A stretch of 64,000 nucleotides of DNA from a bacterium. GTDB lineage: Bacteria > Vulcanimicrobiota > JABDET01. Numbering within the stretch: position 1 is the first letter of the stretch; each line of letters opens with the position of its first letter. The notes below the pieces were generated by a model. The model was given only the letters and a program-made list of their open reading frames with translations. It made no database searches and was not told where the DNA came from. The stretch is from contig JAKAVV010000003.1 in assembly GCA_021817145.1 (NCBI GenBank), forward strand, positions 78,764 through 142,763, given 5' to 3'. Positions 46,191 through 55,168 of the stretch are shown here, piece after piece. The translations under genes were made by a program, and so were the position numbers.

Positions 46191-47960
46191 CTACTGCCGA
46201 GCTGCTGCAACGACCTGATTTCTTCCTTTTTCTTTGCTTTCATAAAGAGCTTTGTCAGCCTGAAGCAGCAGATCTGATTTATTTGATGAGTCATCGGGAT
46301 AAGAAGCAACTCCAATACTGCTCGTGATTTTTACTTTACTGATTCCTGTATTGATTCTGAGCTCAACCGCTTCTCGGATCCGTTTAGCAATTGAGACTGC
46401 AGTCTCCTTTGTTGTTTCCAGAAGAAGAATCGCAAATTCGTCCCCTCCGTATCGGCATACAATATCTGATTCTCGCGTGCAGTCTTTTAATATCTGGCTG
46501 ATTTTTTTCAAAAGGGCATCCCCCTGTGGATGACCATAAGTATCATTATACTCTTTAAAATGATCCAGATCCAGCATAATTAAACATAAGGGCTGATGGT
46601 ATCGTTCACTTCTTTTGACCTCTTCGACCAGCTTTTCCTGAAAGAAGCGGTGGGTGTAAAGTCCTGTCAGCCCGTCTGTTTTAGCCAGTGTTACTGTTTT
46701 TTCATAATTTTCAGCATGAACTAAAATCATGGTTGCCTGATAGGCAAGGAGAGTCAGCAGTTGGAGATTAGCCTCAGTATAAGCCATAGGTTCCGGACTT
46801 CCGATATAAATGACTCCTTTGACTTCTTCTTCCACAATGAGAGGAACAGCCATTTCTGACAGTTCGTTTTCGATAAGCAGAGAGTAAGAGCGCGCTTTTT
46901 GTTTTGTGCTTAAAAAGCTTTTTTTCTCTTCTGCGCACATTCCAACAATTGTTTCTCTTGAACGCACATGAAGATTTTTACATAGATTTCCATAAGGAGA
47001 GTCAAAGCGGCTGGATTGAAGAACGATAGAAGATTTATCTGGATTAGCAAAAAAAATGATGCAGCTTTGATAATTAAAAAGTTGTTTAAAATACTCCAGG
47101 ATAACCTTAAAAGTGTAATCTAAGGTAAGGTTGGATCCTATTTTTTTGCCAAAGTCTAAAATCAACCCTTGTTCAAAGTTTTTCTTTTCAACGGTTTGTT
47201 CTAAATCTTCAGAATGTTTTTTCTCATGTTCTAGATCTAACTTTGTTTTTTCCAGCTCTTCAAGGATGACAGCGCTTGTTTTTACAGGTTCTTTTTTCAG
47301 CAGAGAGAAAAGAAGCAGCTGAAGAAGAAAAACGCAGATCGCTAAAAGCAAGGCATTCTCCTGATTCTTATAGAGAGCAGCAGCTGTTCCAAGGAAAGGG
47401 GCGGTAAAACTCAAAAGAAGGGTTTGATATCGGGCTTTAAACCACTGCGCCTGAGCTGATTCAAGAAGAGAAGCTCCAATGGCAACTCCTTCTAAAAAAG
47501 CCTCAAAAATAGAGTAAAGCGGAGCAGAACTGAGTATCATCAAGTAATGGATAGTATGGGGCTGAGGTTCTTTCGATAAAATAATAACAGGTATCGCCGC
47601 AAAAAGGACAGTAAGAAGTTTTTGAAAAGGATAGAAAAACTTTAAAGATGCCGGGCTTTGAGGGTCTTTTAAAAAAGCTCTGAGCGAGGCGCCGACAAAT
47701 GCGGTAACAGCGCATAAAAGAATCGCTTGATGAAGGATGAGATACAGATAAAAAGCGCTGGATAAACTTGACCATCCTGAATAGGGGAGGGAAGGGGAAA
47801 AAATTTCCAGGAACAAGGCTGAAATAACCGCTGCGGCAATCGCTGTAGTTTCTCCATTTTGATAGGTTGGAACAATAAAAGCCGTGATCCCAAATCCCAC
47901 CAGGGAAATCAGGATTAAAATGAATAATAAGATTTTAGATTGAACTTGTTCTGTTTTCAA
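46191..47960 (-). CDS. Membrane-anchored GAF-GGDEF diguanylate cyclase
   Basis: About 6 N-terminal TM helices, a GAF-like middle, and the GGDEF domain with GLTGLYTHRFF..RYGGDEFAIL. Confidence 0.8.
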   Translation of the reverse strand: MKTEQVQSKILLFILILISLVGFGITAFIVPTYQNGETTAIAAAVISALFLEIFSPSLPYSGWSSLSSAFYLYLILHQAILLCAVTAFVGASLRAFLKDPQSPASLKFFYPFQKLLTVLFAAIPVIILSKEPQPHTIHYLMILSSAPLYSIFEAFLEGVAIGASLLESAQAQWFKARYQTLLLSFTAPFLGTAAALYKNQENALLLAICVFLLQLLLFSLLKKEPVKTSAVILEELEKTKLDLEHEKKHSEDLEQTVEKKNFEQGLILDFGKKIGSNLTLDYTFKVILEYFKQLFNYQSCIIFFANPDKSSIVLQSSRFDSPYGNLCKNLHVRSRETIVGMCAEEKKSFLSTKQKARSYSLLIENELSEMAVPLIVEEEVKGVIYIGSPEPMAYTEANLQLLTLLAYQATMILVHAENYEKTVTLAKTDGLTGLYTHRFFQEKLVEEVKRSERYHQPLCLIMLDLDHFKEYNDTYGHPQGDALLKKISQILKDCTRESDIVCRYGGDEFAILLLETTKETAVSIAKRIREAVELRINTGISKVKITSSIGVASYPDDSSNKSDLLLQADKALYESKEKGRNQVVAAARQ

Positions 47961-48943
47961 TTTTCGCCTCGAATGAGGAAATCAACAGGATAGGAAGATC
48001 CTCCTTCAGGCATACTGAGAAAATGGATTGTTTTGCATGATTCAGGTTTCAAACGAAAAGTTTCTATCATTTTTTTTTGATAGGGAGCGGTATAATGAAA
48101 AGTAAACAGTTTGTGATTTAAAAAAAAAGTGCCTGTCGCAGACCCTCCTCTTGGTTCAAACCAAAAGGAAACGGTTTTTGTACTGGAATAAGGGTTAAAG
48201 ATTTGAATCCTTCCTTCCCAGATCATTCCATAACATCCCTTTAAGGGTTTGCCAGGAAGAAGATTAGGGAGAGGTAGATCCCCTAAACTGACGATTTCCT
48301 CTGGATCTCCAATTCTGTAGGCAGCAGAAAAAAAGAGGTGAGGAAGGGTATAACCTCCTTTTGCATGAGGATCATTAGAGTACTGCTTAACATAAGTTCT
48401 TTGAACAGGCTGATTCAATTTTTGGGATTCAACCACCAGTAAAAGAGGGGAACCTTTTAATTCCTGGATTTGAATAAAACCTGTGTCTAACTGATTTTGC
48501 TTAAGGATTCGTTTTGAGAGAACCTTGATATGAAGAGGAGGAATATTTGCAATTTTCTGAAGCTTTGCAGAATATTTTTCTAAAAACTGGCGAGTGGCTT
48601 TATGTCCTGTCTCCATAATGCTGTCAGAAGATGGAGGAGAAGCTTTGATATAAGAAATAACTGCTGGAATTGAATGCAGGTTTTCTAGATAGACCAGCAG
48701 CATTCTTTCAGGCTGTCCTTTTCCATCTTGGTGATAGTAATTCAATCGAACAGGTCTTAAAGGAATGATCCCTGCTGAGAAAAGAAGTCCATTCTGGTAA
48801 AGAACTTCAGGATGATCGCTGAAAAGCAGGAATGCGGTCGGAATTTTTGGAACTTTCTGCTGCAAAATGATTTTTGGCGCGGCAGCAGCAAAAGAAATGA
48901 AAACAAGAGGAGTAAGGAATAGAAAAAAGATGAGTTTTTTCAT
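47957..48943 (-). CDS. Secreted hypothetical protein (signal peptide; unknown family)
   Basis: MKKLIFFLFLTPLVFISFAAAAP signal. 4-nt overlaps with both neighbours. Confidence 0.45.
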   Translation of the reverse strand: MKKLIFFLFLTPLVFISFAAAAPKIILQQKVPKIPTAFLLFSDHPEVLYQNGLLFSAGIIPLRPVRLNYYHQDGKGQPERMLLVYLENLHSIPAVISYIKASPPSSDSIMETGHKATRQFLEKYSAKLQKIANIPPLHIKVLSKRILKQNQLDTGFIQIQELKGSPLLLVVESQKLNQPVQRTYVKQYSNDPHAKGGYTLPHLFFSAAYRIGDPEEIVSLGDLPLPNLLPGKPLKGCYGMIWEGRIQIFNPYSSTKTVSFWFEPRGGSATGTFFLNHKLFTFHYTAPYQKKMIETFRLKPESCKTIHFLSMPEGGSSYPVDFLIRGEN

Positions 48944-50295
48944 ATCACGGCCCCTGCTTCTCTTAATTTCCTTTGGATTGTCTGAATCTTAATCTCTCGA
49001 GTTTCCCTTTTTTCTTTAATACAGAGTGCTGCCGCTGTTCCTGCAGCCTGTCCTGAAGCCATTGCAGTTGCCTGAATTCTGCAGGATCCAAGAGCTTCAT
49101 GGGCAGCAGAAAGGCATCTTCCTGTAATCAATAAGTTTGAAATTTTCAAAGGGATAAGACAGGGATAAGGGATTTCATAATAACCATCTCCACCGATTTG
49201 CTTTAAAACGATCTTTTTCCCGGATGGGTCATGGATATCAATAGGATACGCTCCTCTGGCAATTGCATTTTTAAATTTAGATCCTTTCAATACATCTTTT
49301 TCAGTTAAAGTGTATTCTCCATGAATTCTGCGAGATTCGCGAATCCCGACTTGAGCTGCAGCTTGAGCAAGAACACAGTTTTGAAATCCAGGAATGCGTT
49401 TTTTAAGGAATTGAAGCAGAGAAAGGAGCTGTTCCCTTCCTTCTATTTCGGCTTCACTTAAATCCCATGGATTAATGGGGTTTTTATGAATTATTCGAGT
49501 TGTATTGACCATCATTTCTCCTGGCTCTACTCCTGAAAAAAAGAGAAGGCGGTCTCTTGGAATATGAGTTTCACCTGTCTGTTCTCCCTTTTTCCAGAGT
49601 GAAAAAAAGCCTGAAACCCCAATATGGCTCGAGTTTGCCAGTTCATTGAAAAGGGTTTCGGGGTGAAATTCTTCAGGATGGCTCAACATGTACTCCGTAA
49701 TTTCTTTCTGGTTCACCTGTTTAAGTTTGAAAATAAGAGTCATGGGCTGAGGGAGGCCGTTTTGATCCCCTAGACTAAAGGGGACACCACACAATGAGGC
49801 GATATCTCCGTCTCCAGAAGCATCAATAAAGATCTTTCCTTTTAAGATAAGGGGTCCGCCTTTTGTTATAACCTTTAATCCAAGGATTTTATTTTTTTTC
49901 TGAATTACCTCATAAACCCATCCATGGAAAAGCAGTTTAACTCCTGATTTCTTCGCTGTGGTCAGCAGAACCAATTTTAAAATTTCAGGTTCAAAAGGGA
50001 CATAATATGAACAAACGCCAATCGTGTCTTTAACGAATCCTGGGCTTCCTCCATTTTTTATTAATGCCAGGACGATCTCTTCTGGAATTCCGCCAATAAT
50101 CTGTTTCCCTGATTTTGTATGGAAAGTTGCCATAGGTCCAACCATGCTGGCTGCAGCTGTCCCTCCTAAAAAACCGTATCGCTCCACTAAAATAACAGAA
50201 CATCCTGAGCGAGATGCAGCCACAGCGCTGGAAACGCCTGCAGAGCCTCCGCCAACAATAATAACATCAGCTTTTCCTTCGAACGATTCAGTCAT
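48940..50295 (-). CDS. FAD-dependent oxidoreductase (FAD_oxidored family)
   Basis: The N-terminus DVIIVGGGSAGVSSAVAASRSGCSVILVER is a dinucleotide-binding GxGxxG. Confidence 0.7.
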   Translation of the reverse strand: MTESFEGKADVIIVGGGSAGVSSAVAASRSGCSVILVERYGFLGGTAAASMVGPMATFHTKSGKQIIGGIPEEIVLALIKNGGSPGFVKDTIGVCSYYVPFEPEILKLVLLTTAKKSGVKLLFHGWVYEVIQKKNKILGLKVITKGGPLILKGKIFIDASGDGDIASLCGVPFSLGDQNGLPQPMTLIFKLKQVNQKEITEYMLSHPEEFHPETLFNELANSSHIGVSGFFSLWKKGEQTGETHIPRDRLLFFSGVEPGEMMVNTTRIIHKNPINPWDLSEAEIEGREQLLSLLQFLKKRIPGFQNCVLAQAAAQVGIRESRRIHGEYTLTEKDVLKGSKFKNAIARGAYPIDIHDPSGKKIVLKQIGGDGYYEIPYPCLIPLKISNLLITGRCLSAAHEALGSCRIQATAMASGQAAGTAAALCIKEKRETREIKIQTIQRKLREAGAVI

Positions 50296-50346
50296 GACTG
50301 GTCTTTAACTTCTTTGATTTTTTTTTTGCTAATCCTTTAAAAAACA

Positions 50347-50375
50347 ATTGACTCTTAGGATATTTTGTGCTAAAA
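50347..50375 (+). promoter_or_regulatory. Candidate sigma70 promoter TTGACT-17-TAAAAT upstream of rnpB
   Basis: Read directly. It is ~55 nt upstream of my estimated rnpB 5' end. A precursor or a slightly different 5' end would be needed to reconcile the two. Confidence 0.3.
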
Positions 50376-50435
50376 TAAAAAGTAGAAGCAGCAAGGTCTT
50401 TAAAAACTCCTGAATAAAGGGATATATTTGAAATA

Positions 50436-50957
50436 GAGAGCTAGCCGGGTGATCGCGGAGCTGAGAGTCGAGAAGTTAGATTAAGATTCGCGCTTCGAGG
50501 AAAGTCCGAGCTCCACAGGATAAGGTGCTGGGTAATACCCAGTAGAGGCGACTCTAGCAAAGTGCCACAGAAATGTTAACCGCCATAAGATCTTTTACAA
50601 ATCGCCTGTCCGGCAAAAATAAGATCTGTGGTAAGGGTGCAACGGCGGGGTAAGAGCCCACCAGTCATCTGGCGACAGATGAGCTAGGCAAACGCCACCT
50701 GGAGCAAGATCAAGCAGGGGGAACATTTATCGGATCTGTTGATGCAGCTTAGGTATGTGTGTGAAGGGTTGGTCATCAATGGGTTTATAAGATAATGTTA
50801 TGTAATCCTGGCAGTACCCCGGGTCGATCGCTAGAAACTGTCCAGTAATGGCAGTTCAAGATAGATGATCACCTTCTGCTCAATGCCAATAAAAGCTCCG
50901 TTAGAGCTGAAAAATGGCAGGATGCAGAAACAGAACTCGGCTTACAGGTTAACTCTC
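50436..50957 (+). ncRNA. rnpB: RNase P RNA (bacterial type A-like), unusually long
   Basis: GAGGAAAGTCCGAGCTCCACAGG (P4 5' strand). ACAGAAATGTTAACCGCC. GGGTGCAACGGCGGGGTAAGAGCCCACCAG. CCACCTGGAGCAAGATCAAGCAGGGG. ACAGAACTCGGCTTACAGG (P4 3' strand). Covariation with the E. coli M1 RNA pair GUCCGGG/CCCGGCU appears here as GTCCGAG/CTCGGCT. The ends are approximate. Confidence 0.85.
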
Positions 50958-51293
50958 TATTTTTTTTATTTTCTCGCTATCTACTGTTCCATCTTCTCGT
51001 TCTATCTGAATAAAAGGATCCCGATAAAGCGGTGATAATCCACTGTATCTGCACTTAACTTCATTGTGATAACAAGGAAGAATATTGCCGCAGTAAATAG
51101 ATCCCTGTTCCCCTTTAACAGAAGAGTTTTTGTAATCTGGATATTCTACAAGAATCGGCACACTTTTTTGCAAAATAAAACAAAACTTCTCTTGAGGCTC
51201 AAGAGCTTTTTGTTTTAATTGAACTTCAACCGCTTTTTTCCGAAGGCTCATTCTATTGGCTTCATCATACCATAACAAGGGGATAAAAAGCAA
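50949..51293 (-). CDS. Hypothetical protein (114 aa)
   Basis: ORF only. Its 3' end abuts the rnpB 3' end. Confidence 0.3.
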   Translation of the reverse strand: MLFIPLLWYDEANRMSLRKKAVEVQLKQKALEPQEKFCFILQKSVPILVEYPDYKNSSVKGEQGSIYCGNILPCYHNEVKCRYSGLSPLYRDPFIQIEREDGTVDSEKIKKIES

Positions 51294-51377
51294 GAGGGAA
51301 ATTTTCTTGTTTTATCTAATTGTAATTTAATTTGTATAATTTAAGAAGGAATCGGGAACACTGAAAAAGGAGGATGC

Positions 51378-52259
51378 ATGGCAAAGTTTTTTGGGCAGTA
51401 TTTATTGGAGAAAGGAATTCTTACCAGAGAACAGCTTTTAGAAGCTTTAACAAAACAGAGAGAAAAAGTTGAAAAAATAGGGGAACTGGCTGTTCGTAAA
51501 GGGTATTTAAAACCTCGCGACATTGAAGCGATTCAAAGGGAACAGCAGAAAAGCGATCTTTATTTTGGGGAAGCTGCTGTTAAACTTAATCTGCTGACAG
51601 AAGATCAGGTGAGAGAATTATTGAATATTCAAAGATCAAATCATGTTTACCTTGGAGAAATCATTGTGGATTTAAAATTTTTATCTAAAGAATCGGTGGA
51701 AAAAGAATTGAAAAGATTTCAGGAAGAAGAACAAGAAGGGGGAAGTGTCGGTGAACTGCATGTTCCATCTTCCTGCGCTCATCCCGAGCTGTTAAAAGCG
51801 ACGGCAGATTTGGCGATTAAACTTTTTCGGCGTGTTTCAGATTTGCTGGTAAAAGTTTCCACTGTGCTGGATACTGAAAAAGTCGAAAATCCCTATTCCC
51901 TGACTTTTATTAATATCAGCGGGGATTTTAAAGGCTCTCTTGCCCTAGGATGCTCAAAAAATGTCGTTCTTCATATTGCGAAAAATTTTGGAGGCAGCCG
52001 TCTAGATTGGAGCAGTGAAAAATTTGCTCACGACGCTGTTTCGGAATTTTTTAATATTTTCTGCGGAAATTTAATGACAAAATGGATGGAAATAGGGAAA
52101 TCTTGCGAGATTTCGGTTCCTTATTTTTTTCTGAAAACAGAGAAAGACGGTTTAAAAATCGGGAACGGCGCGCGCGTTTTTACTTTGGATTTAGACTCAA
52201 CTGAAGGAAAAGCTTCTGTCAGTCTTATTCCAAATTTTATTTTAGAAAAAACTGTTTAA
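51378..52259 (+). CDS. Tandem MshEN-type (T2SS-E N-terminal, c-di-GMP-binding) domains fused to a CheX-like CheY-P phosphatase domain
   Basis: Four consecutive 24-aa MshEN motifs: FGQYLLEKGILTREQLLEALTKQ, IGELAVRKGYLKPRDIEAIQREQ, FGEAAVKLNLLTEDQVRELLNIQ, LGEIIVDLKFLSKESVEKELKRFQ. The C-terminal half aligns with CheX: INISGDFKGSLALGCSKNVVLHIAKNFGG .. DAVSEFFNIFCGNL .. ISVPYFF, including the E-x-x-N catalytic pair. Confidence 0.65.
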   Translation: MAKFFGQYLLEKGILTREQLLEALTKQREKVEKIGELAVRKGYLKPRDIEAIQREQQKSDLYFGEAAVKLNLLTEDQVRELLNIQRSNHVYLGEIIVDLKFLSKESVEKELKRFQEEEQEGGSVGELHVPSSCAHPELLKATADLAIKLFRRVSDLLVKVSTVLDTEKVENPYSLTFINISGDFKGSLALGCSKNVVLHIAKNFGGSRLDWSSEKFAHDAVSEFFNIFCGNLMTKWMEIGKSCEISVPYFFLKTEKDGLKIGNGARVFTLDLDSTEGKASVSLIPNFILEKTV

Positions 52260-52287
52260 GGAACTCAATGGGAAAGGCGGATTTAAA

Positions 52288-52671
52288 ATGAGCTTACAGG
52301 ATAAAAAAGTAATGATTGTAGATGATTCAAAAGCCATGATTATGCTGCTGAAGCGGATTTTAGAAGAAGGCGGGTATCAAGTTGTGGGAGAGATACAAAC
52401 TGGGGAAGATGCCGTGATTCAGTATGATAAACTGAAACCCGATCTGGTTACAATGGATTTAATCCTACCTGGAATCAGCGGTATTGACGCGATTAAAAGA
52501 ATTTTAGGAAATGATCCCAAAGCTTGCATTGTAGCTGTCAGCTCTGTAGGTGGGACTCCAGAAAAATTAATGGATGCTTTAAAAGCCGGGGCGAGAAATG
52601 TTATTAGCAAACCTTTTGATCCAGAAAAAGTCACTAAAATTTTAAATGATGTTTTAGCTGCTCATAAATGA
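52288..52671 (+). CDS. Single-domain CheY-like response-regulator receiver
   Basis: IVDDS acidic pocket, phospho-acceptor TMDLILPG, conserved T/S and KPF. 127 aa. Confidence 0.8.
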   Translation: MSLQDKKVMIVDDSKAMIMLLKRILEEGGYQVVGEIQTGEDAVIQYDKLKPDLVTMDLILPGISGIDAIKRILGNDPKACIVAVSSVGGTPEKLMDALKAGARNVISKPFDPEKVTKILNDVLAAHK

Positions 52672-53900
52672 GCCCTTCCCCTGAAATTCCTTCCTGGCTT
52701 GAGGAAGAATCAAAAGAGCCTGCTGAAGAGAATTTAAGGGTTCCTATTCAACCTCATGTGCGGCCTATTAAAAAAAGGTCAAATTCAGCCCTGACTTTTA
52801 AAAAAATTTGGGAGGATAGAAGACAGTTAACGGGAAAATGGATCCCCCCTGTATCATTAAAAGTTAGTCTTAAAAACCTTTCCATATTTTCAAAACAGTT
52901 AGGGTTAATGATGGGTTCAGGGGTTACTCTTGTGAAGGCATTTGATATTTTAGGAACTCAAGGGGAAGATAAAAAGTTAAGAGAAGCTGCTCTTAAAGTA
53001 AAAGAAGGAGTTCTTTCAGGGTATGCCATTAGTTCTGCCCTTGAAAAAAAACCTGATATTTTCCCCCCTTTTTTCCGTTTTGCTGTACGCTCTGCTGAAA
53101 CTTCGGGAACTCTGCCCAAGACTCTTCTCAAACTGTCGGATTATTATGAAAAAATCAATTTGCAGAATCAGAAAGTGAAAGGCTCTCTTATTTATCCTGT
53201 TTTTGTTTTTGTGACTACTTTAGCTTTGTTTATGTTTTTGATCTCTTACATTTTTCCAATGTTTTCATCATTTTTTAAAGGGCTCCATTATCACCTTCCC
53301 TTGATTACTCGAATTCTGTTTTTCATTTTCCATTTATTGACAAGCGGCTGGTTTTGGGGGATTATTCTTGTTTTGGTGGTTGGTTTATATGCTGCATGGA
53401 AAACGAGCATAAAACGATCCGATTTTGCTTTATGGCTGAATATTCAGCAGCTGCAGATTCCTTTAGCTGGTCCCTGTTTGCAAAAAATTCAGAGTTCCTA
53501 TTTCTGCCGAACCCTTGCCACAATGCTGAATGCGGGGGTCAATCTTTTGACAGCTTTAGAAGTGTTTCAAAAAGGGATCGGAATGCCAGTCTTTAAAATT
53601 TTTTACAATAATATTCAGGAAGAGTTAAGAGCTGGATCCTCTTTGTCTCAAACCATAAAAGATATCTCTTTTTTTCCGCGGGCTGCTCAGGATCTAATCC
53701 TGGTTGGGGAAGAATCAGGAAATCTCTCGGCAATGTTGGAAAAAGCCGCTGATTTTCTGGATATTGAAATTGATACTTTAATTCAAAACTTAATGACTTT
53801 GATAGAACCCCTGCTTATTCTTTTTTTGGGGGTTATGGTGGCAGCGGTTTTGATAGGGATTTTTCTTCCTTTGTATTCGGCGATCAGCCAGATCCATTAA
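52668..53900 (+). CDS. pilC: Type IV pilus / type II secretion inner-membrane platform protein (PilC/GspF family)
   Basis: Two GspF-type repeats and three TM segments. Motifs LSKQLGLMMGSGVTLVKAFDIL and ..TLATMLNAGVNLLTALEV... ATGA overlap with the CheY gene. The first ~60 aa extend beyond the usual family N-terminus. Confidence 0.75.
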   Translation: MSPSPEIPSWLEEESKEPAEENLRVPIQPHVRPIKKRSNSALTFKKIWEDRRQLTGKWIPPVSLKVSLKNLSIFSKQLGLMMGSGVTLVKAFDILGTQGEDKKLREAALKVKEGVLSGYAISSALEKKPDIFPPFFRFAVRSAETSGTLPKTLLKLSDYYEKINLQNQKVKGSLIYPVFVFVTTLALFMFLISYIFPMFSSFFKGLHYHLPLITRILFFIFHLLTSGWFWGIILVLVVGLYAAWKTSIKRSDFALWLNIQQLQIPLAGPCLQKIQSSYFCRTLATMLNAGVNLLTALEVFQKGIGMPVFKIFYNNIQEELRAGSSLSQTIKDISFFPRAAQDLILVGEESGNLSAMLEKAADFLDIEIDTLIQNLMTLIEPLLILFLGVMVAAVLIGIFLPLYSAISQIH

Positions 53901-54000
53901 CAGGCGCAGCATGATTTCAATTAAATTGCGGGGAAAAGCCGTAAGGCTTTCGTAAATCGAGGTCTGTAGAGGCTGATTGGAATCTGAAATTTTCGGGGAT

Positions 54001-54029
54001 TTGAATTTTTTTCAACTTTGTAGTATAAT
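54001..54029 (+). promoter_or_regulatory. Consensus-like sigma70 promoter TTGAAT-17-TATAAT upstream of the pilin genes
   Basis: Read directly. The -35 is at 54001-54006, the -10 at 54024-54029, and the pilin start is at 54051. Confidence 0.5.
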
Positions 54030-54050
54030 TGGAATAACCGGAAATACTAA

Positions 54051-54452
54051 ATGATAAAATTGAAAGGGAAAAAAGGGATTAGTTTGCTGGAAGCCATGAT
54101 TTCTGTGGTCATTCTTGGAGTGGTTGCAGCGATTATGCTCGGAATTTTTCAAGTTTCATTCAACAGCATTTCGGATTCTTCTAACACTTATCTAGCAACT
54201 CTTATTGCCCAGAACAAAATGGAATATGACACTGAAAGTGGATATGCGGGGGTTGGAGGTCCGTCTATCGGTCCCTGGAAGCCTGTTTCTGTGCCTAATG
54301 GAAATCAGTATGCAACTTTTGAATGGCAGCAGTCTGTTCAGCAGGTAAATCTTGATTTGAAAGAGGTGGATATAACGGTTATGTGGAAGCAAAAAGGAGC
54401 TGCAGGCACATACAGAAAATATGTGATACTGTCCACAAGGATAGCCCAATGA
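54051..54452 (+). CDS. Type IV pilin / pseudopilin (prepilin-type N-terminal cleavage/methylation domain)
   Basis: MIKLKGKKG|ISLLEAMISVVILGVVAAIML: Gly at -1, Glu at +5, and a hydrophobic helix. 133 aa. Confidence 0.75.
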   Translation: MIKLKGKKGISLLEAMISVVILGVVAAIMLGIFQVSFNSISDSSNTYLATLIAQNKMEYDTESGYAGVGGPSIGPWKPVSVPNGNQYATFEWQQSVQQVNLDLKEVDITVMWKQKGAAGTYRKYVILSTRIAQ

Positions 54453-55153
54453 AAAAAGACGGGTTTTCAGGAATGACTTTAGTGGAAGTTTTAGTGGCTA
54501 TGATTGTGGTTGGTATTGTGATGAGCATTACTCTCGGAATTTTTGTTGCCAGCCGCCATTATTATCAGGCAGGATCCAGTCGTGTGGATGCGCAGTCTTC
54601 TGCTGAACTGGCATTAAATCGCTTAGTTCGAGAGATTCAAGAATCGGATCCTTCTGGAATCTCTACCCTTACTCCAGGAACTATTGTTTTAGTTTCGGCT
54701 AGAGAGGCTAATGGTAATCAGTTTGCAATCTATAATGGAATACCCAGCGGAAGCAGTACCCCTCCTTACTGCGGCAGCTCTCCTGCCTCAGATACAGGGA
54801 AGCCATGCTGGCAGAAATGGATTTGCTACTATTTAGCTCCACAGTCAGGGAGCAGTTATCAGGAGCTGATTCGAGTGGAAGGGAATCCAACAGGCTCTTC
54901 TTTCCCGAACACCGTGATCCCACCTTCTATTCCTTCTGCTCCTGCATTCCAGGGGGTTGGGCTTCCTCAAACTGTAATGGCTCGAAATATTAAAACATTT
55001 AATGTTCAGAGTTCCTGCGGTTTACCTGGAATTGATTATATTCAACTGACTGCAGCAGAAAACAACAATGGATTAACCATCACTTATAATCCTGGGTTCC
55101 AGGTTGGAAGCTGCGGGACAGGGAATTGGATTGAAGCGCTGCCGAGAAATTAA
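54449..55153 (+). CDS. Type IV pilin / pseudopilin (prepilin-type), 235 aa
   Basis: Start at the ATG that overlaps the upstream stop as ATGA. MKKDGFSG|MTLVEVLVAMIVVGIVMSI with Glu at +5. The ORF track's upstream extension from 54383 is unlikely. Confidence 0.7.
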   Translation: MKKDGFSGMTLVEVLVAMIVVGIVMSITLGIFVASRHYYQAGSSRVDAQSSAELALNRLVREIQESDPSGISTLTPGTIVLVSAREANGNQFAIYNGIPSGSSTPPYCGSSPASDTGKPCWQKWICYYLAPQSGSSYQELIRVEGNPTGSSFPNTVIPPSIPSAPAFQGVGLPQTVMARNIKTFNVQSSCGLPGIDYIQLTAAENNNGLTITYNPGFQVGSCGTGNWIEALPRN

Positions 55154-55168
55154 GGGGGTGGAACAAAA

